From: an uncultured Bacteroidales bacterium | GTDB lineage: Bacteria > Bacteroidota > Bacteroidia > Bacteroidales > ML635J-15 | NCBI GenBank assembly: GCA_937982115.1 | Contig: CALJNE010000002.1 | Coordinates: forward strand, 3,612-67,611 | Direction: 5' to 3' | Length of the DNA: 64,000 bases | In this document: positions 48,249 through 58,156 of the stretch, piece by piece | Layout of the letters: each line of letters starts with the position of its first letter | Numbering within the stretch: the first letter of the stretch is position 1 | Program-made: the position numbers and the translations under genes | Notes under the pieces: generated by a model | What the model was told of the DNA's origin: nothing | The model's database searches: none | Seen by the model: only the letters and a program-made list of their open reading frames with translations

Positions 48249-49037
48249 TTATGATGAAAACAAATTATTAACAGTATATTCCTTTAACCTTTCATTAGCT
48301 ATATCAACATATTCCTTTGAAATTTCCGAACCAATCCATCGTCTATTCATCAAATGAGCAACTTTAGCTGTTGTCCCACTTCCCATAAAGGGGTCATACA
48401 CCAAATCATTTTCATTTGTCCATGTAAATATTTGGTCAATTACTAATTGTTCTGGAAATATTGCAGGATGCTTATAAGCAGTTTTGTCTTTTGTTGAAAT
48501 TCCTCCACCAACAGAATAGAAAAAAACATTTCCTACTTTTTTTTCTTTTGTTCTTTCTACTTTTTCATAATCAAGCGAACCATTTTTTCCACGATTTTTC
48601 ATATTTGCAAGCCCATGGTATTTTGTTGGTTCTGTGATAGGATTAAAAGTTTTAGGATTTCCTTTTGAAAACGCAAACATATATTCAAAATGCTGGTGGT
48701 ATCTATTGCCAGTCTGTGGCATAGGATTGTTTTTGTAATAAATCATTGTGTCATGTAAACGAAAACCTACAACTTCTTTAAAATATAAAGCTTGCTTAAA
48801 CGAAGTTCCAGTCTCACTTCCGTCAATTGTAGCATCGGCGACTACCCATACAATAATCCCTCCTTGCTTTAGTATTCTATACAGTTCATGAGCAATTTTC
48901 TCAAATTCAAAATTATACCCGTTATAATTTCTTATATCATCGTAAGGCGGTGAGGTGATAACAAAATCAACAAAATTATCGGGCATATTACCCATAGTAA
49001 TTAAACAATCTTCATTGTATATTTTTTTTATTTCCAT
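48249..49037 (-). CDS. DNA methyltransferase, beta-class amino-MTase (SPPY motif IV, probably N4-cytosine)
   Basis: Motif IV (VITSPPYDD) precedes motif I (DPFMGSGTTAKVA); HPAIFPEQL present; 262 aa. Confidence 0.8.
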   Translation of the reverse strand: MEIKKIYNEDCLITMGNMPDNFVDFVITSPPYDDIRNYNGYNFEFEKIAHELYRILKQGGIIVWVVADATIDGSETGTSFKQALYFKEVVGFRLHDTMIYYKNNPMPQTGNRYHQHFEYMFAFSKGNPKTFNPITEPTKYHGLANMKNRGKNGSLDYEKVERTKEKKVGNVFFYSVGGGISTKDKTAYKHPAIFPEQLVIDQIFTWTNENDLVYDPFMGSGTTAKVAHLMNRRWIGSEISKEYVDIANERLKEYTVNNLFSS

Positions 49038-49105
49038 GTTGCAAATTTAATTAATCTTCTTGTAAAATGTGCTGTTTTTTTCTTTTGATATGTAATATAA
49101 CTCTA

Positions 49106-49750
49106 TCATTTTTTCCTCAAAATCATCAACCCATCGCGTATATCAAGAATTACTTTTTCTACCCTGCTGTCATTTCTTACAAAATCATTAAATTCTATTA
49201 CGCCTTTTGTCATGTAATCATTAGATTCAACATGAGAAAATATTTTATTGTCCCAAAGAACATTATCCACTAATATTAAACCTCCTGGTTTGGTTTTTGG
49301 CAATACAAGTTCGTAATACTTTTTATACTCTCTTTTATCAGCATCTATAAAAACAAGATCAAAAACTTTGTCTAATTTAGGTAATATTTCAAGAGCATGA
49401 CCTATTAATAAATTAATTTTATTTTCAAGACCTGCCCGTTTGAAGTATTTTCGTATGAGCCATTCTATTTCGTCATTTATCTCTATGCTTATTAATTTAC
49501 CATTTTCAGGCAGGGATCGTGCAATACAAATTGATGTATATCCTGAATATGTTCCGATTTCGAGAACATTTTTTGCATTGGATATTTTTACCAGCATACT
49601 TATAAAAGCAGCCTGAGTCGGTCCGGAAATCATTCGTGGATGTAACTGGGTAAGGTGTGTCTCTCTGTATAGATCTTTTAAAATATCATCTTCGATATCA
49701 CAAAAAATGTCAGTATATTCCTGTCTGATATCGTGAATAAAATTACTCAT
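49106..49750 (-). CDS. Class I SAM-dependent O-methyltransferase (family 3, caffeoyl-CoA OMT-like)
   Basis: VLEIGTYSGYTS SAM-binding motif, FIDADK and GGLILVDNVLW. Confidence 0.75.
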   Translation of the reverse strand: MSNFIHDIRQEYTDIFCDIEDDILKDLYRETHLTQLHPRMISGPTQAAFISMLVKISNAKNVLEIGTYSGYTSICIARSLPENGKLISIEINDEIEWLIRKYFKRAGLENKINLLIGHALEILPKLDKVFDLVFIDADKREYKKYYELVLPKTKPGGLILVDNVLWDNKIFSHVESNDYMTKGVIEFNDFVRNDSRVEKVILDIRDGLMILRKK

Positions 49751-49751
49751 G

Positions 49752-50969
49752 TTAATAAAAAATAAGTTTTGAAAAATTGTCCTTATTTAAAATTTCGTTT
49801 GCTACCTCGAGGATATCACTTTCAGTAACTTTTTCAATTTCGGAATACATTTCTTTTAAAGTTTCAACATTATTGTAAACCAAAACAGACTTACCAATAC
49901 CCATAATGACGTTAGAGTGAATTTCGTTGGCAATTGCAAGTTGTCCGATAAGCTGTTTTTTCATTTTGTTTAATTGTAAGGTCCCGAGAGATTTTGATTT
50001 AAGAGCTGAAAACTCTTTAAAAATCAATTCCAATGCCTGTTCATGATTGTTTTTATCGGAACTGAAATAAATAGTAAACATGCCAGTATCTTCGTAATTT
50101 GTATAATTAGACTCAATATTGTAGCTAAAACCTTTTTTTTCACGTAATAGTAGGTTTAATCTGGAATTCATACCAGGTCCGGCAAGAAGATTATTTATCA
50201 TGAAAAAAGGCAAACGTTTCGGATTTATATACGAATAAGCATAAGTCCCGATTACACAATGCAATTGATGTGTTTTGCGAGCAATTTTCTTTTCAAAAAC
50301 AGTTTGATTATTAAATTCAATTCTTTTGTAATTTCGGTAATTTGCAGGATTTTGTTCCAGATATTTTTTACATAATTTCAGCAGCCTATCGAATTTTATC
50401 TTTCCGATTGATGCAAAAACCATTTGATCCGTATTGTATTTCTGATCAACAAAAGACATTATATCCTCAGCTTTATATTTTTTCAACATTTTTTGAGAAC
50501 CAATAATATTTCTTCCTAAAGGATGATCCGGAAAAATCATCTCCTCAAATAAATCAAAAATGCTGTCAAGGGGAGAATCTTTATATGAATTTATTTCATC
50601 AATAATTACTTCACGTTCACGTTCAAATTCTTTTTCGGGGAATGTAGAATTGAATACAACATCATTTAGCAATTCAATGGCACGTTCGTAAAACTCATTT
50701 AAAAAACTTGCAGTAACACAAGTTTCTTCCTTAGAAGTATAGGCGTCAAGTTCACCACCGACATCTTCGAGCCGACTTAGTACATGAAAAGTTTTGCGAT
50801 GTTTTGTCCCTTTAAAAAGCATGTGCTCAGTAAAATGAGCTAAACCACATTGATTTTCATCTTCGTCGCGTGAACCGGTATTTATAATTATTCCACAGTG
50901 AGCAACATCAGACTCCACGTATTTATGTACTATTCTTATTCCGTTACTCAGTTCTGCTATTTGATACAT
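49752..50969 (-). CDS. M16-family zinc peptidase (insulinase-like)
   Basis: HxxEH zinc motif (GLAHFTEHMLFKGT). Start set at the ATG giving MYQIAELSNG. Confidence 0.8.
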   Translation of the reverse strand: MYQIAELSNGIRIVHKYVESDVAHCGIIINTGSRDEDENQCGLAHFTEHMLFKGTKHRKTFHVLSRLEDVGGELDAYTSKEETCVTASFLNEFYERAIELLNDVVFNSTFPEKEFEREREVIIDEINSYKDSPLDSIFDLFEEMIFPDHPLGRNIIGSQKMLKKYKAEDIMSFVDQKYNTDQMVFASIGKIKFDRLLKLCKKYLEQNPANYRNYKRIEFNNQTVFEKKIARKTHQLHCVIGTYAYSYINPKRLPFFMINNLLAGPGMNSRLNLLLREKKGFSYNIESNYTNYEDTGMFTIYFSSDKNNHEQALELIFKEFSALKSKSLGTLQLNKMKKQLIGQLAIANEIHSNVIMGIGKSVLVYNNVETLKEMYSEIEKVTESDILEVANEILNKDNFSKLIFY

Positions 50970-51163
50970 AAAATTGTTTTTGGCAAAGATACTATTTAAG
51001 ACATAAAAGCCAATAAACTTTTTTTTCATATTAAACTATATATTCCAGACATTTTTTCACATAAAACAAAAATTAAATCCTTGATTCTCTGATATATAAA
51101 TTTTTTTTAAAAAAATTTTATAATTTTTTTCATCAAGTTCTTGCATAATTAAAAATTTCTGTA

Positions 51164-51171
51164 TATTTTTG
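51164..51171 (+). promoter_or_regulatory. -7 box TAttTTTG for tRNA-Phe
   Basis: TATTTTTGCAGTCC ends 11 nt before tRNA position 1. Confidence 0.6.
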
Positions 51172-51182
51172 CAGTCCAATTC

Positions 51183-51255
51183 GGTACCATAGCTCAGTTG
51201 GTAGAGCACAGGACTGAAAATCCTGGTGTCCCTAGTTCGATCCTAGGTGGTACCA
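51183..51255 (+). tRNA. tRNA-Phe (anticodon GAA)
   Basis: GGTACCATAGCTCAGTTGGTAGAGCACAGGACTGAAAATCCTGGTGTCCCTAGTTCGATCCTAGGTGGTACCA folds as a cloverleaf. Anticodon loop is CTGAAAA. Confidence 0.95.
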
Positions 51256-51257
51256 CG

Positions 51258-51284
51258 GTCCTTCTGAAAAGAAGGACTTTTTTT
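51258..51284 (+). terminator. Intrinsic terminator after tRNA-Phe
   Basis: GTCCTTC-tgaaaa-GAAGGAC followed by T7. Confidence 0.8.
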
Positions 51285-51398
51285 ATCTATATCATTAAGC
51301 CTTTAAAAATCCAAGATATTTTATTAGAAATATTTTTGTAGCATTGACAAAAAATTCAAAGAATTTGTTTTAATTTTGTTCATAAAATTATTTGAAAA

Positions 51399-51665
51399 AT
51401 GTTACCCTGCCCTATTCATAAATTAACAGGTTTCGATTGTCCGGGATGTGGGATGCAAAGAGCTGCAATAGAACTTCTATATGGAAACATCTGGGAAAGT
51501 ATATTATATTATCCTGCACTGTTACCTTTAATTTTTATGTTTGCTTTTCTTTCTTTACATTTAATTTTCAAAATTAAAAACGGAGCTAAAATTTTAAAAT
51601 ATTTATTTATTTTTAATGCAATTATTATTTTCGTAAATTACATAATTAAATTCATTGAAATATGA
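51399..51665 (+). CDS. DUF2752-like small membrane protein
   Basis: CPIHKLTGFDCPGCGMQRA N-terminal motif followed by 2 TM segments. Confidence 0.6.
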   Translation: MLPCPIHKLTGFDCPGCGMQRAAIELLYGNIWESILYYPALLPLIFMFAFLSLHLIFKIKNGAKILKYLFIFNAIIIFVNYIIKFIEI

Positions 51666-52369
51666 ACGACGATTTGAATAAAAACCCAAATAACAATCAG
51701 GAAATACCTCCTATTCCTGACATTACAAATATTCCGGATATTCCCGAGTTGAATGATGACTTAATAAATCTGGATTCATTCACATCAAATGAAAAGATAA
51801 AAATTGAAGATACAAACTCGATTGAGGCGGACAAATTTGTGATATCAGATATTAAAGCTGAAAATCAACAAAATACATCAAACCAATCCAAAGGTTTTGG
51901 GCCAGAACATCATGAATTCAACCGACAAAAAGAGATTGAAGAAGAAAAACTTTATGCTCAAAATATAAATAATTCAACTTCATCAAATAATAACCAAACA
52001 TCGCCAAACAATCCTCCTCAAAATACTTATTTTTATCAACAAAACTTACCAAATTCTTCAACTATATTAACTTTAGGGATATTATCCATACTAACAATTT
52101 GTTGTTGCGGATCATTTGTTCCAACAGTTTTTGCGGTTATTGCTCTGGCAATGGCAGGAAAACCAATACAGCTTTATAAACAAAATCCCAATCAGTACAC
52201 TTATTCTTCATACAACAATGTTAAAACAGGCAGAATTTGTGCTATTATAGGATTAGTGCTTTCGATATTAGTACTGATTATTTTTATTTTAAATATGATT
52301 TTCAATGGTGAATTTCAATACCAGGTTAACGAAATAATTAACGAAACCTGGGATCAAAGCGGGTACTAA
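51662..52369 (+). CDS. CCC-motif (CD225/DUF4190-like) membrane protein with long N/Q/P-rich N-terminus
   Basis: C-terminal GILSILTICCCGSFVPTVFAVIALAMAGK plus a second TM segment. Its ATG overlaps the upstream stop. Confidence 0.5.
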   Translation: MNDDLNKNPNNNQEIPPIPDITNIPDIPELNDDLINLDSFTSNEKIKIEDTNSIEADKFVISDIKAENQQNTSNQSKGFGPEHHEFNRQKEIEEEKLYAQNINNSTSSNNNQTSPNNPPQNTYFYQQNLPNSSTILTLGILSILTICCCGSFVPTVFAVIALAMAGKPIQLYKQNPNQYTYSSYNNVKTGRICAIIGLVLSILVLIIFILNMIFNGEFQYQVNEIINETWDQSGY

Positions 52370-52376
52370 ATTATTT

Positions 52377-53402
52377 ATGAAATTACAAGAGCGTATAGAT
52401 GTTTTATCGGAAATTGGGACAGAATTATCTCAGTTAATTGAAAATCCTTATTTATACGATTTTCCCGGATATGAGAAAATAAAACTTGAGAATCCCTGGT
52501 TTACTGAAGAATTTGTTAAGACTTCAATCAGTCATTATGCTTATTTATTGACACAAAACAAACTAAGGGATTGGACTAAGAATTATGATTTTTCAAAAGA
52601 TTTATCAAAAAAAAACTTAGGTATTATTATGGCAGGGAATATACCTCTGGTTGGACTTCATGATTTTATCTGTGCCTATCTTAGCGGAATTAATATAATT
52701 ATAAAACCGAGCAGTAAAGATTCTGTTTTAATAAAATGGATTATCAATAGAATTCTAAAAAAAAACAAAGAAAAAAACGATTTAATTAAAATTGCAGACG
52801 GTCCTATTAGTAAGGTTGATGCAATAATTGCCACAGGCTCTAACAACTCAAATCGTTATTTTGAATATTATTTTTCGAGTATTCCCTCTATACTTCGAAA
52901 AAACAGAAATTCACTGGGAATACTAAGTGGCAATGAAACCGAAGAAGAACTTTCAAAACTTACTGATGATATATTCTTATATTTTGGATTAGGTTGCAGA
53001 AGCGTGAGTTTGATTTATATTCCGGAAGAGTACGATTTCAATCCTTTGTTCAAAGCTATTGAAAAGTATAAACATTTGATTTATCATCATAAGTACGCAA
53101 ATAATCTGGAATACCAATATGCAGTTAATATTGTTAGCAGAATTCCGGTTTTAAATCCCGGTAATATTATTTTAATTGAAAGCGATAAAATAAATTCGCC
53201 CGTTGGTGTTTTACATTATAAATTTTATAAATTTGCCGAAGATATTTATAAAGATATAAATAAGAATTTAGAGGATATTCAATGTGTTTCAACCGCTAAC
53301 CCATCAAAATCTTTTGAAGTGGAATTCGGACGAACACAATATCCCGAATTAAATGAATATGCAGATAATATTGATACGTTAACATTTATTTTAACATTAT
53401 GA
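52377..53402 (+). CDS. LuxC-like acyl-CoA reductase family protein
   Basis: IMAGNIPLVGLHDFICAYLSG and GLGCRSV segments resemble the Bacteroidota acyl-CoA reductase (LuxC) family. Confidence 0.5.
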   Translation: MKLQERIDVLSEIGTELSQLIENPYLYDFPGYEKIKLENPWFTEEFVKTSISHYAYLLTQNKLRDWTKNYDFSKDLSKKNLGIIMAGNIPLVGLHDFICAYLSGINIIIKPSSKDSVLIKWIINRILKKNKEKNDLIKIADGPISKVDAIIATGSNNSNRYFEYYFSSIPSILRKNRNSLGILSGNETEEELSKLTDDIFLYFGLGCRSVSLIYIPEEYDFNPLFKAIEKYKHLIYHHKYANNLEYQYAVNIVSRIPVLNPGNIILIESDKINSPVGVLHYKFYKFAEDIYKDINKNLEDIQCVSTANPSKSFEVEFGRTQYPELNEYADNIDTLTFILTL

Positions 53403-53932
53403 GCAGAATAATAAAATACAGAATTGTAAGTGCTTACGATGATAATTTCGTAAGAGATATTGAAATAGAAGAAGACAAAACCTTTATGGATTTACATCTG
53501 GCTATTCAGTCGGCTTGTAATTATGATCCAAGTTTATTAACAACTTTTTATCTTTCAAATAAAAATTGGGATAAACTTCAAGAAATTAGTGCTGAATGCA
53601 TTGACCCCGAAACTCAAAAAGAGGTAATGCTTATGGACAGCACTAAATTAGGCAAATTCAAACCTGTTGTAGGACAAAGATACATTTACATTTTCGACTT
53701 TTTCTCAGTAAGAGCATTTTTTATTGAAATAGTAAACATCAGAGAAAAATCAGAAAGTGATGAAAATCTCGAATTCCCGATTTGTACGCTTTCTCACGGA
53801 AATCCTCCAGAACAAGTATTTGTTGATGATATTACAGAAAATGACATTGAAAATGATGATTTTGATGACATTGATGATGATTTATATGATGATTTCAACG
53901 AATACGGATATGATAATTTAGATGATTATTAG
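53399..53932 (+). CDS. MM3350-like (pRiA4b ORF-3-like) domain protein with poly-acidic tail
   Basis: IKYRIVS....F.RDIEI.EDKTFMDLHLAIQSACNYD pattern; D/E/N-rich C-terminus; start overlaps the upstream stop. Confidence 0.4.
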   Translation: MSRIIKYRIVSAYDDNFVRDIEIEEDKTFMDLHLAIQSACNYDPSLLTTFYLSNKNWDKLQEISAECIDPETQKEVMLMDSTKLGKFKPVVGQRYIYIFDFFSVRAFFIEIVNIREKSESDENLEFPICTLSHGNPPEQVFVDDITENDIENDDFDDIDDDLYDDFNEYGYDNLDDY

Positions 53933-53941
53933 AATTTTAAA

Positions 53942-54841
53942 ATGACAAAAAAACTTTTTGTTATTCTTGGTCCCACAGCAGTTGGCAAAACAGACCTTAG
54001 TATTGAAATAGCACAAAAAATTAATTCAGAAATTTTCTCTTGCGATTCGAGGCAGTTTTTTAAAGAATTAAATATTGGAGTTGCCAAACCTGATAAAAAT
54101 CAATTAAATACAGTAAAACATCATTTTATTGGTCATATTTCGATTACCCAACATTACAGCATTAGTAAATACGAACAAGATTTTCTCGCTTTATCGAGTG
54201 AATATTTTAAAAATAACCACATTGCAATTTTGTGCGGGGGTTCAGGTTTATACATTGATGCTGTTTGCTATGGAGTTGATGAAATGCCTGATCATGACCC
54301 TAAAATTCGTGAAGAAGTAAATGTTTTTTTTAAAACTTATGGACTTGAAAAATTAAAACAAGAAGTAAAAAAAATAGATCCGGAATATTATAATTCTGTA
54401 GATAGAAACAATCCACAAAGACTGTTAAGGGCACTGGAAATATATAAACAAACCGGGAAAAAATTCTCAGAATACAGGAAAAGAAATATCCCCAAAAGAA
54501 ATTTTGAAATCATAAAAATTGGCATAGAATTAGATAGAGAAAAACTTTATCAAAAAGCCAATTTAAGAGTTGATAAAATGATAGCAGCCGGGTTAATAGA
54601 TGAAGTTAAAAGCTTGTCAGGATATAAAGAATTAATACCATTAAAAACAATAGGTTACAAAGAAATTTTTGATTACTTAGACAACAAAATCAATCTTGAA
54701 ACCGCAATTGATCAAATTAAACGAAACACTCGACATTATATTCGCAGGCAAATGACCTGGTTTAGAAGGTATAATGATATTAAATGGTTTGATGTTGAAC
54801 AAAAAAATGATATAATGTGTTATATTGAAAAATTTTTATAA
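53942..54841 (+). CDS. miaA: tRNA dimethylallyltransferase
   Basis: LGPTAVGKTDLSIEIA P-loop, CDSRQFFKELNIGVAKP, GGSGLY, RRQMTWFR. Confidence 0.9.
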   Translation: MTKKLFVILGPTAVGKTDLSIEIAQKINSEIFSCDSRQFFKELNIGVAKPDKNQLNTVKHHFIGHISITQHYSISKYEQDFLALSSEYFKNNHIAILCGGSGLYIDAVCYGVDEMPDHDPKIREEVNVFFKTYGLEKLKQEVKKIDPEYYNSVDRNNPQRLLRALEIYKQTGKKFSEYRKRNIPKRNFEIIKIGIELDREKLYQKANLRVDKMIAAGLIDEVKSLSGYKELIPLKTIGYKEIFDYLDNKINLETAIDQIKRNTRHYIRRQMTWFRRYNDIKWFDVEQKNDIMCYIEKFL

Positions 54842-54859
54842 ATCACAAAAATTGAAACT

Positions 54860-55258
54860 ATGAAAAAAATTATTTTTTTATTAAGTGCAATTGCAATGTT
54901 TGGTTTATATGCAAATGCTCAAAGCACGCAACTTGCTCAGTCAAAAATTGTTACTCTTACAGAATCAAACTTTGACGCAACAACTCAAAAAGGGCTTTAC
55001 CTTGTAGATTTCTATGCTGACTGGTGTCGTCCATGTAAACTAATGAAACCCGTATTAGAAGAATTTGCAAACAATTATGAGTCTAAAATAAAAGTTGTTG
55101 CAGTAAATACAGATTTCAACAGAAATCTCTCTACTCGTTTTCAAATTAGTGGAATTCCGTGTTTAGTTCTTTTAAAAGACGGTAAAGAAATAAAAAGATT
55201 AGTCGGTTACAGAGAAAAAGCTGAACTTGAAAATGATCTTCAACAATGGATAAAATAA
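54860..55258 (+). CDS. Thioredoxin, exported
   Basis: Signal peptide plus WCRPCK active site and thioredoxin-fold length. Confidence 0.8.
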   Translation: MKKIIFLLSAIAMFGLYANAQSTQLAQSKIVTLTESNFDATTQKGLYLVDFYADWCRPCKLMKPVLEEFANNYESKIKVVAVNTDFNRNLSTRFQISGIPCLVLLKDGKEIKRLVGYREKAELENDLQQWIK

Positions 55259-55286
55259 AAAAAACCGGCAAAGCCGGTTTTTTTTA
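55253..55286. terminator. Bidirectional intrinsic terminator between thioredoxin and korB
   Basis: A-run, ACCGGC-aaa-GCCGGT, T-run, between convergent genes. Confidence 0.75.
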
Positions 55287-56297
55287 TTATTCAACTGTCC
55301 AGGTGCTACCGCTATTAAATACATCGTCCATGCATTTAAATTTTGAGTTACTTTTAACCTCTTCGATTTGTTGATAAAGTAAATCATCAAAGCACGGAGC
55401 TTCAACTGCCCTGATAATTCCAAATACCATAGGAAAGTCAGGCAAATTAAGATTAGCAAGAGCAAGGTGAAGCATAGGATTCTTTTGTGTCATATCATGA
55501 ACCAAAATATCCTTTTCGGTAATACCATTTTCACCGATTTTAACAACCTTTAATTCGCCGTTTTGAAAAATTAAGCCCTTATCTTTATTTTTACCAAAAA
55601 TCATTGGTTTTCCGTGTTCGACCCACAATTGATTTTCTTCACGGTCATCCTTATTTGTAATTTTATTATGGGCACCATCATTAAAAATAACACAATTCTG
55701 AAGAATTTCAATTATTGAAGTCCCTTTAAAATTATCAGCAAACTTAAAGATTTCAACATTTTCCTTAACGTTAACATCAATAGTTCTGGCAAAAAAGGTA
55801 CCCCCTGCTCCTATTGTTAAAGAACCTACGTTAAAAGGTTTTTCTAATGTTCCATAAGGAGAAGTTTTTGTTTTTTGACCAAATTTTGATGTTGGAGAAT
55901 ATTGACCTTTTGTTAGACCATAAATTTCGTTATTAAATAACAAAACATTAACATCAATATTTCTGCGTACCTCATGAATAAAGTGATTACCTCCAATAGC
56001 GAGAGCATCACCATCACCGGTAATTTGCCAGACGCTAAGCTTTGGATTAGCAATTTTTACACCAGTAGCAAGCAGAGCTGCACGTCCGTGAATACCGTGG
56101 AACCCATAAGTATTCATATAATACGGAAAACGAGACGAGCAACCAATCCCAGAAACTACGACAAAATCTTCGCGTTTACGACCGGTTTCTGCAAAAGCTT
56201 TTTGAACTGCTGCTAAAATGGAGAAGTCTCCACAACCCGGGCACCATCTTACCATTTGCCCGCTTTTAAAATCTTTAGCTTCGTATGTTGTTGCCAT
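55287..56297 (-). CDS. korB: 2-oxoglutarate/2-oxoacid:ferredoxin oxidoreductase, beta subunit
   Basis: WCPGCGDF, TPP-binding GDGDALAIGGNH, NNEIYGLTKGQ. Confidence 0.85.
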   Translation of the reverse strand: MATTYEAKDFKSGQMVRWCPGCGDFSILAAVQKAFAETGRKREDFVVVSGIGCSSRFPYYMNTYGFHGIHGRAALLATGVKIANPKLSVWQITGDGDALAIGGNHFIHEVRRNIDVNVLLFNNEIYGLTKGQYSPTSKFGQKTKTSPYGTLEKPFNVGSLTIGAGGTFFARTIDVNVKENVEIFKFADNFKGTSIIEILQNCVIFNDGAHNKITNKDDREENQLWVEHGKPMIFGKNKDKGLIFQNGELKVVKIGENGITEKDILVHDMTQKNPMLHLALANLNLPDFPMVFGIIRAVEAPCFDDLLYQQIEEVKSNSKFKCMDDVFNSGSTWTVE

Positions 56298-56300
56298 AAT

Positions 56301-58127
56301 TTATTCCTCCATCATTTTTTGAATTTTTTCTACGATTTCATTCACTGTGAATGGCAATCCCTGCATTTTATTTATTTGTTCGTATTTATATTGCGGGAAT
56401 GTCATTCTCAAATAGTTGGCAAGTTGTCCCATGTTCATCTCACAAACAATAATTCTCTTATATCTGCCAAGTATTTCGCCTATATTTTTTGGGAATGGAT
56501 AAATATAATTAATGTGGACATGAGCTAACTTAATACCTTTTTCAGCTAACTCTTCAACAGCAGATTCTATATGTCCGTAGGAGCTGCCCCAACCAACAAC
56601 AAGAGTATCGGCATCTTCAAATCCCTCTACATTTTGTAAAGGAATAAAATCAGCTATTTTCTTAACTTTACTGTCGCGTAACATTGTCATTCTTTCATGA
56701 TTCGCCGGCACATAAGAAACAGTTCCGGTAATATCCATTTTTTCCAGACCTCCGATTCTGTGTTCTAAATTTGGTGTTCCGGGAATTGCCCATGATCTTA
56801 CAAAATTTTCATCTCTTGCATAAGGCTGATAGCATTCTACATCTTCCTTAGCAAATTTAGGTTTAATTTCATCAAGATCTTTAACAGAAACGATTTTCCA
56901 TGGTTCGGTTCCGTTTGCAAGATAAGAATCTGTCAATAAAAGTACTGGAGTCATGTGTTCGATGGCAATTTTTGATGCCTGAAAAGCATAATGGAAACAA
57001 TTTGAAGGAGAACTTGCAGCAATAACAGGAACGGGAGATTCTCCATTACGTCCAAATAATGCCTGCATTAAATCAGCTTGTTCGGTTTTTGTTGGTAAGC
57101 CGGTTGATGGACCTCCACGCTGAACATCAACAATAACAAGAGGTAATTCTGCCATTACAGCTAATCCAATAGCTTCGGATTTTAATGCCAATCCCGGACC
57201 TGATGTGGATGTCGCAGCAAAATTACCGGCAAATGCTGCACCAATAGCAGTAACAACTCCTCCGATTTCGTCTTCAGCTTGTAAACATTTAGCTCCCAGA
57301 TCTCTTCTTTCTGCTATTTCCATTAAAATCTCAGTGGCCGGTGTTATTGGATAAGATCCTAAATAAAATGGCAAATTTGCCTTTTCGGCTGCTGCCAACA
57401 ATCCCCATGCTGTAGCTACGTTTCCGCTTATACTTTTATATTTTCCTTTTAATCTTGTATCATTACTAACTCTGAATGACGGAATTGCCTGAATTGCTGA
57501 GGCATAAGATGCACCGCCCTGTAATACCTTTTTGTTGGCTTCTGCTAATTCAGGCTTATTTTTAAATTTCTTTTCTAGAAATTCCTCTGTATATTTCAAA
57601 GGAAATCCAAACAGCTTATAAACAATACCCAAAGCAAACATGTTTTTCATCTTCATGACAGTCTTGATATCAAGTCCACTATCCTGAAGAGCTGCTTTTG
57701 TCATTGAGCTTATTGGAGCTTCAATAAGATTGTTATTTTGTTTAATTTGCTCAAAAATTTCAGGGGTTAAACCTGCTTTTTCAAAATTTGCTTCACTAAA
57801 AGTATCTGAATCTGCTATTATGGTTGATCCCCATTTTATATTATTAATATTTGCCATAATAGCTGCAGGATTCAATGCGATTAAAACATCACATTTGTCT
57901 CCCGGAGTGTAAACATTTTTACCAAAATGTAGTTGAAAACCTGAAACACCCCCAACTGTTCCTTGTGGTGCTCTGATTTCAGCCGGATAATCAGGGAAAG
58001 TCGCTACTTCTTCTCCCATTAAAGCTGTGGTATTTGTCAATTGTGTTCCGGTTAATTGTATTCCGTCTCCGGAGTCGCCGGCAATTTTTACTACCACATT
58101 GTCTAAATCAATGATCTTTTTACTCAT
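56301..58127 (-). CDS. korA: 2-oxoglutarate/2-oxoacid:ferredoxin oxidoreductase, alpha subunit
   Basis: 608 aa fused gamma/alpha-type subunit (GDSGDGIQLTG, YPITPATEI, TSGPGL) adjacent to korB. Confidence 0.85.
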   Translation of the reverse strand: MSKKIIDLDNVVVKIAGDSGDGIQLTGTQLTNTTALMGEEVATFPDYPAEIRAPQGTVGGVSGFQLHFGKNVYTPGDKCDVLIALNPAAIMANINNIKWGSTIIADSDTFSEANFEKAGLTPEIFEQIKQNNNLIEAPISSMTKAALQDSGLDIKTVMKMKNMFALGIVYKLFGFPLKYTEEFLEKKFKNKPELAEANKKVLQGGASYASAIQAIPSFRVSNDTRLKGKYKSISGNVATAWGLLAAAEKANLPFYLGSYPITPATEILMEIAERRDLGAKCLQAEDEIGGVVTAIGAAFAGNFAATSTSGPGLALKSEAIGLAVMAELPLVIVDVQRGGPSTGLPTKTEQADLMQALFGRNGESPVPVIAASSPSNCFHYAFQASKIAIEHMTPVLLLTDSYLANGTEPWKIVSVKDLDEIKPKFAKEDVECYQPYARDENFVRSWAIPGTPNLEHRIGGLEKMDITGTVSYVPANHERMTMLRDSKVKKIADFIPLQNVEGFEDADTLVVGWGSSYGHIESAVEELAEKGIKLAHVHINYIYPFPKNIGEILGRYKRIIVCEMNMGQLANYLRMTFPQYKYEQINKMQGLPFTVNEIVEKIQKMMEE

Positions 58128-58156
58128 ATCAATCGTTATTTATTAAACAAAAATTA

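Noticed and set aside
49067-49273. ORF 49067..49273(+) between the methyltransferase genes as a possible controller (C) protein of the R-M system
   Set aside because: It is antisense to the 3' end of the O-methyltransferase gene, hydrophobic and low-complexity, and has no helix-turn-helix pattern.
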